Shown one piece after another: positions 63,429-64,000 of a stretch of DNA of 64,000 bases; positions within the stretch are counted from its first letter, which is position 1; every line of letters begins with the position of its first letter. Position numbers and translations under genes: made by a program. The notes beneath the pieces are model-generated. The model did not search any database and had not been told where the DNA came from. It worked only from the letters and a program-made list of their open reading frames with translations. Source of the DNA: an uncultured delta proteobacterium (GTDB taxonomy: Bacteria; Desulfobacterota; Zymogenia; Zymogenales; Zymogenaceae). Where the stretch lies: the NCBI GenBank assembly GCA_963809875.1, contig CAWELC010000005.1, forward strand, positions 152,836-216,835, written 5' to 3'.

Positions 63429-63930
63429 CGATCAGCCCGCGATCCACCAGCTCCTTGACGAAGGACTCCACGTCCCGGCCGACCTGCTGTGCGTCAACAT
63501 CCGAAAAATGCGCAGCCACCGCGTGGATGATATCGGCAAGGCTCTTTTTCCCGTCGATCTGTCGCATCACCATGAGCCCGGTCTCGTTGATCGCCGAAAG
63601 CTTGTCGCCAACGGGGTCGAATATAAAGGCGCCGTCGTCCTCCTCGCGGATGACGGTCTCCCTCTTGATTTTGGGCGTGAACGAACGATCAGGCGCCATG
63701 GTGAAGACCCCCTCTCTTATGAGCTTGCGACAAATCCTCTTCACGTCCCCGGCTACGGCCCTGTCTTTCTCACCGAATTCCCGGGCAATCCCCCGCACAA
63801 CCGCGTTGAGGTTTCGTGTGCCGTCGGTAAGTCGAATGACCGCCGCGGCGGTATGGTTGAGGAGATAGACGTTCCGGTCGCCGGTGTCAAAAAGGACAAG
63901 CTCGTCCTGGTCGAATTCGGATGCGACCAT
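63421..63930 (-). CDS. PqqD-family peptide chaperone (RiPP recognition element), tandem double domain
   Basis: 169 aa. Two consecutive ~80-aa units each match the PqqD pattern (..YLLNHTAAAVIRLTDG.RNLNAVV.. and ..SAINETGLMVMRQIDGKKSLADII..). Confidence 0.65.
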   Translation of the reverse strand: MVASEFDQDELVLFDTGDRNVYLLNHTAAAVIRLTDGTRNLNAVVRGIAREFGEKDRAVAGDVKRICRKLIREGVFTMAPDRSFTPKIKRETVIREEDDGAFIFDPVGDKLSAINETGLMVMRQIDGKKSLADIIHAVAAHFSDVDAQQVGRDVESFVKELVDRGLIVA

Positions 63931-64000
63931 CCGGCGATTGAGCAGACAGACGCTGCTCTCCGAAAGGGCCGGCCGCCGCTCGGAAAGACGCCGCAGGACA

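Overview
This 64 kb window is bacterial, high-G+C chromosomal DNA. The gene content suggests a deltaproteobacterium-like or similar anaerobe, but I cannot confirm that. It has five blocks.

(1) 1-6.5 kb: a glycoside-utilisation-like set. It holds a partial ThuA-like gene, a Gfo/Idh/MocA oxidoreductase, two GPH-family MFS symporters and a roughly 690-aa unknown protein.

(2) 6.6-24 kb: a long minus-strand catabolic operon with a divergent IclR regulator. The operon encodes KDG kinase, KDPG aldolase, an epimerase, a GntR regulator, an SDR, a BKACE/DUF849 enzyme, an SCP2-Gfo/Idh/MocA-M24 fusion and a second M24 peptidase. Plus-strand genes follow: an IlvD/EDD-family dehydratase, two Zn-dependent alcohol dehydrogenases and a split transketolase.

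(3) 24.1-41.9 kb: a visibly lower-G+C island, all on the minus strand, for glycan synthesis and export. It encodes a tandem-NBD ABC ATPase, a Wzm-like permease, a DPM1-like GT2, a GT-C-like membrane transferase and a methyltransferase. It also encodes a 1588-aa glycosyltransferase with an internal tandem duplication, a GT2-GT4 fusion, a CPBP-protease/FG-GAP fusion and two further GT2 genes. A truncated tRNA-like fragment sits at its edge.

(4) 42-52 kb: housekeeping and stress genes. These are a PAS histidine kinase with a NarL-type regulator, CoA-transferase A/B (the A subunit carries a Cys-rich N-terminal extension), a Fur/PerR-like regulator with katG, tRNA-Arg(CCG), aspartate kinase and a HIT protein.

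(5) 52-64 kb: two tandem paralogous secreted, membrane-anchored proteins and an MBL hydrolase come first. After them lies the most interesting feature, a minus-strand radical-SAM RiPP-like cluster. It encodes a tandem PqqD/RRE protein, two rSAM-SPASM enzymes, an HprK-like P-loop protein and two precursor peptides. The precursors share a leader and have Cys-rich cores with a 10-residue periodic A-T-x-x-x-C repeat. An S26-like peptidase and an AMP-ligase complete the cluster.

At least nine conserved genes show single-base frameshifts, mostly at G/C runs. I read this as an assembly indel-error signature rather than mass pseudogenisation, but cannot prove it from sequence alone. No CRISPR array, rRNA or obvious transposase was found. 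All coordinates are derived by hand from the ORF track and should be treated as approximate to within a few bases.
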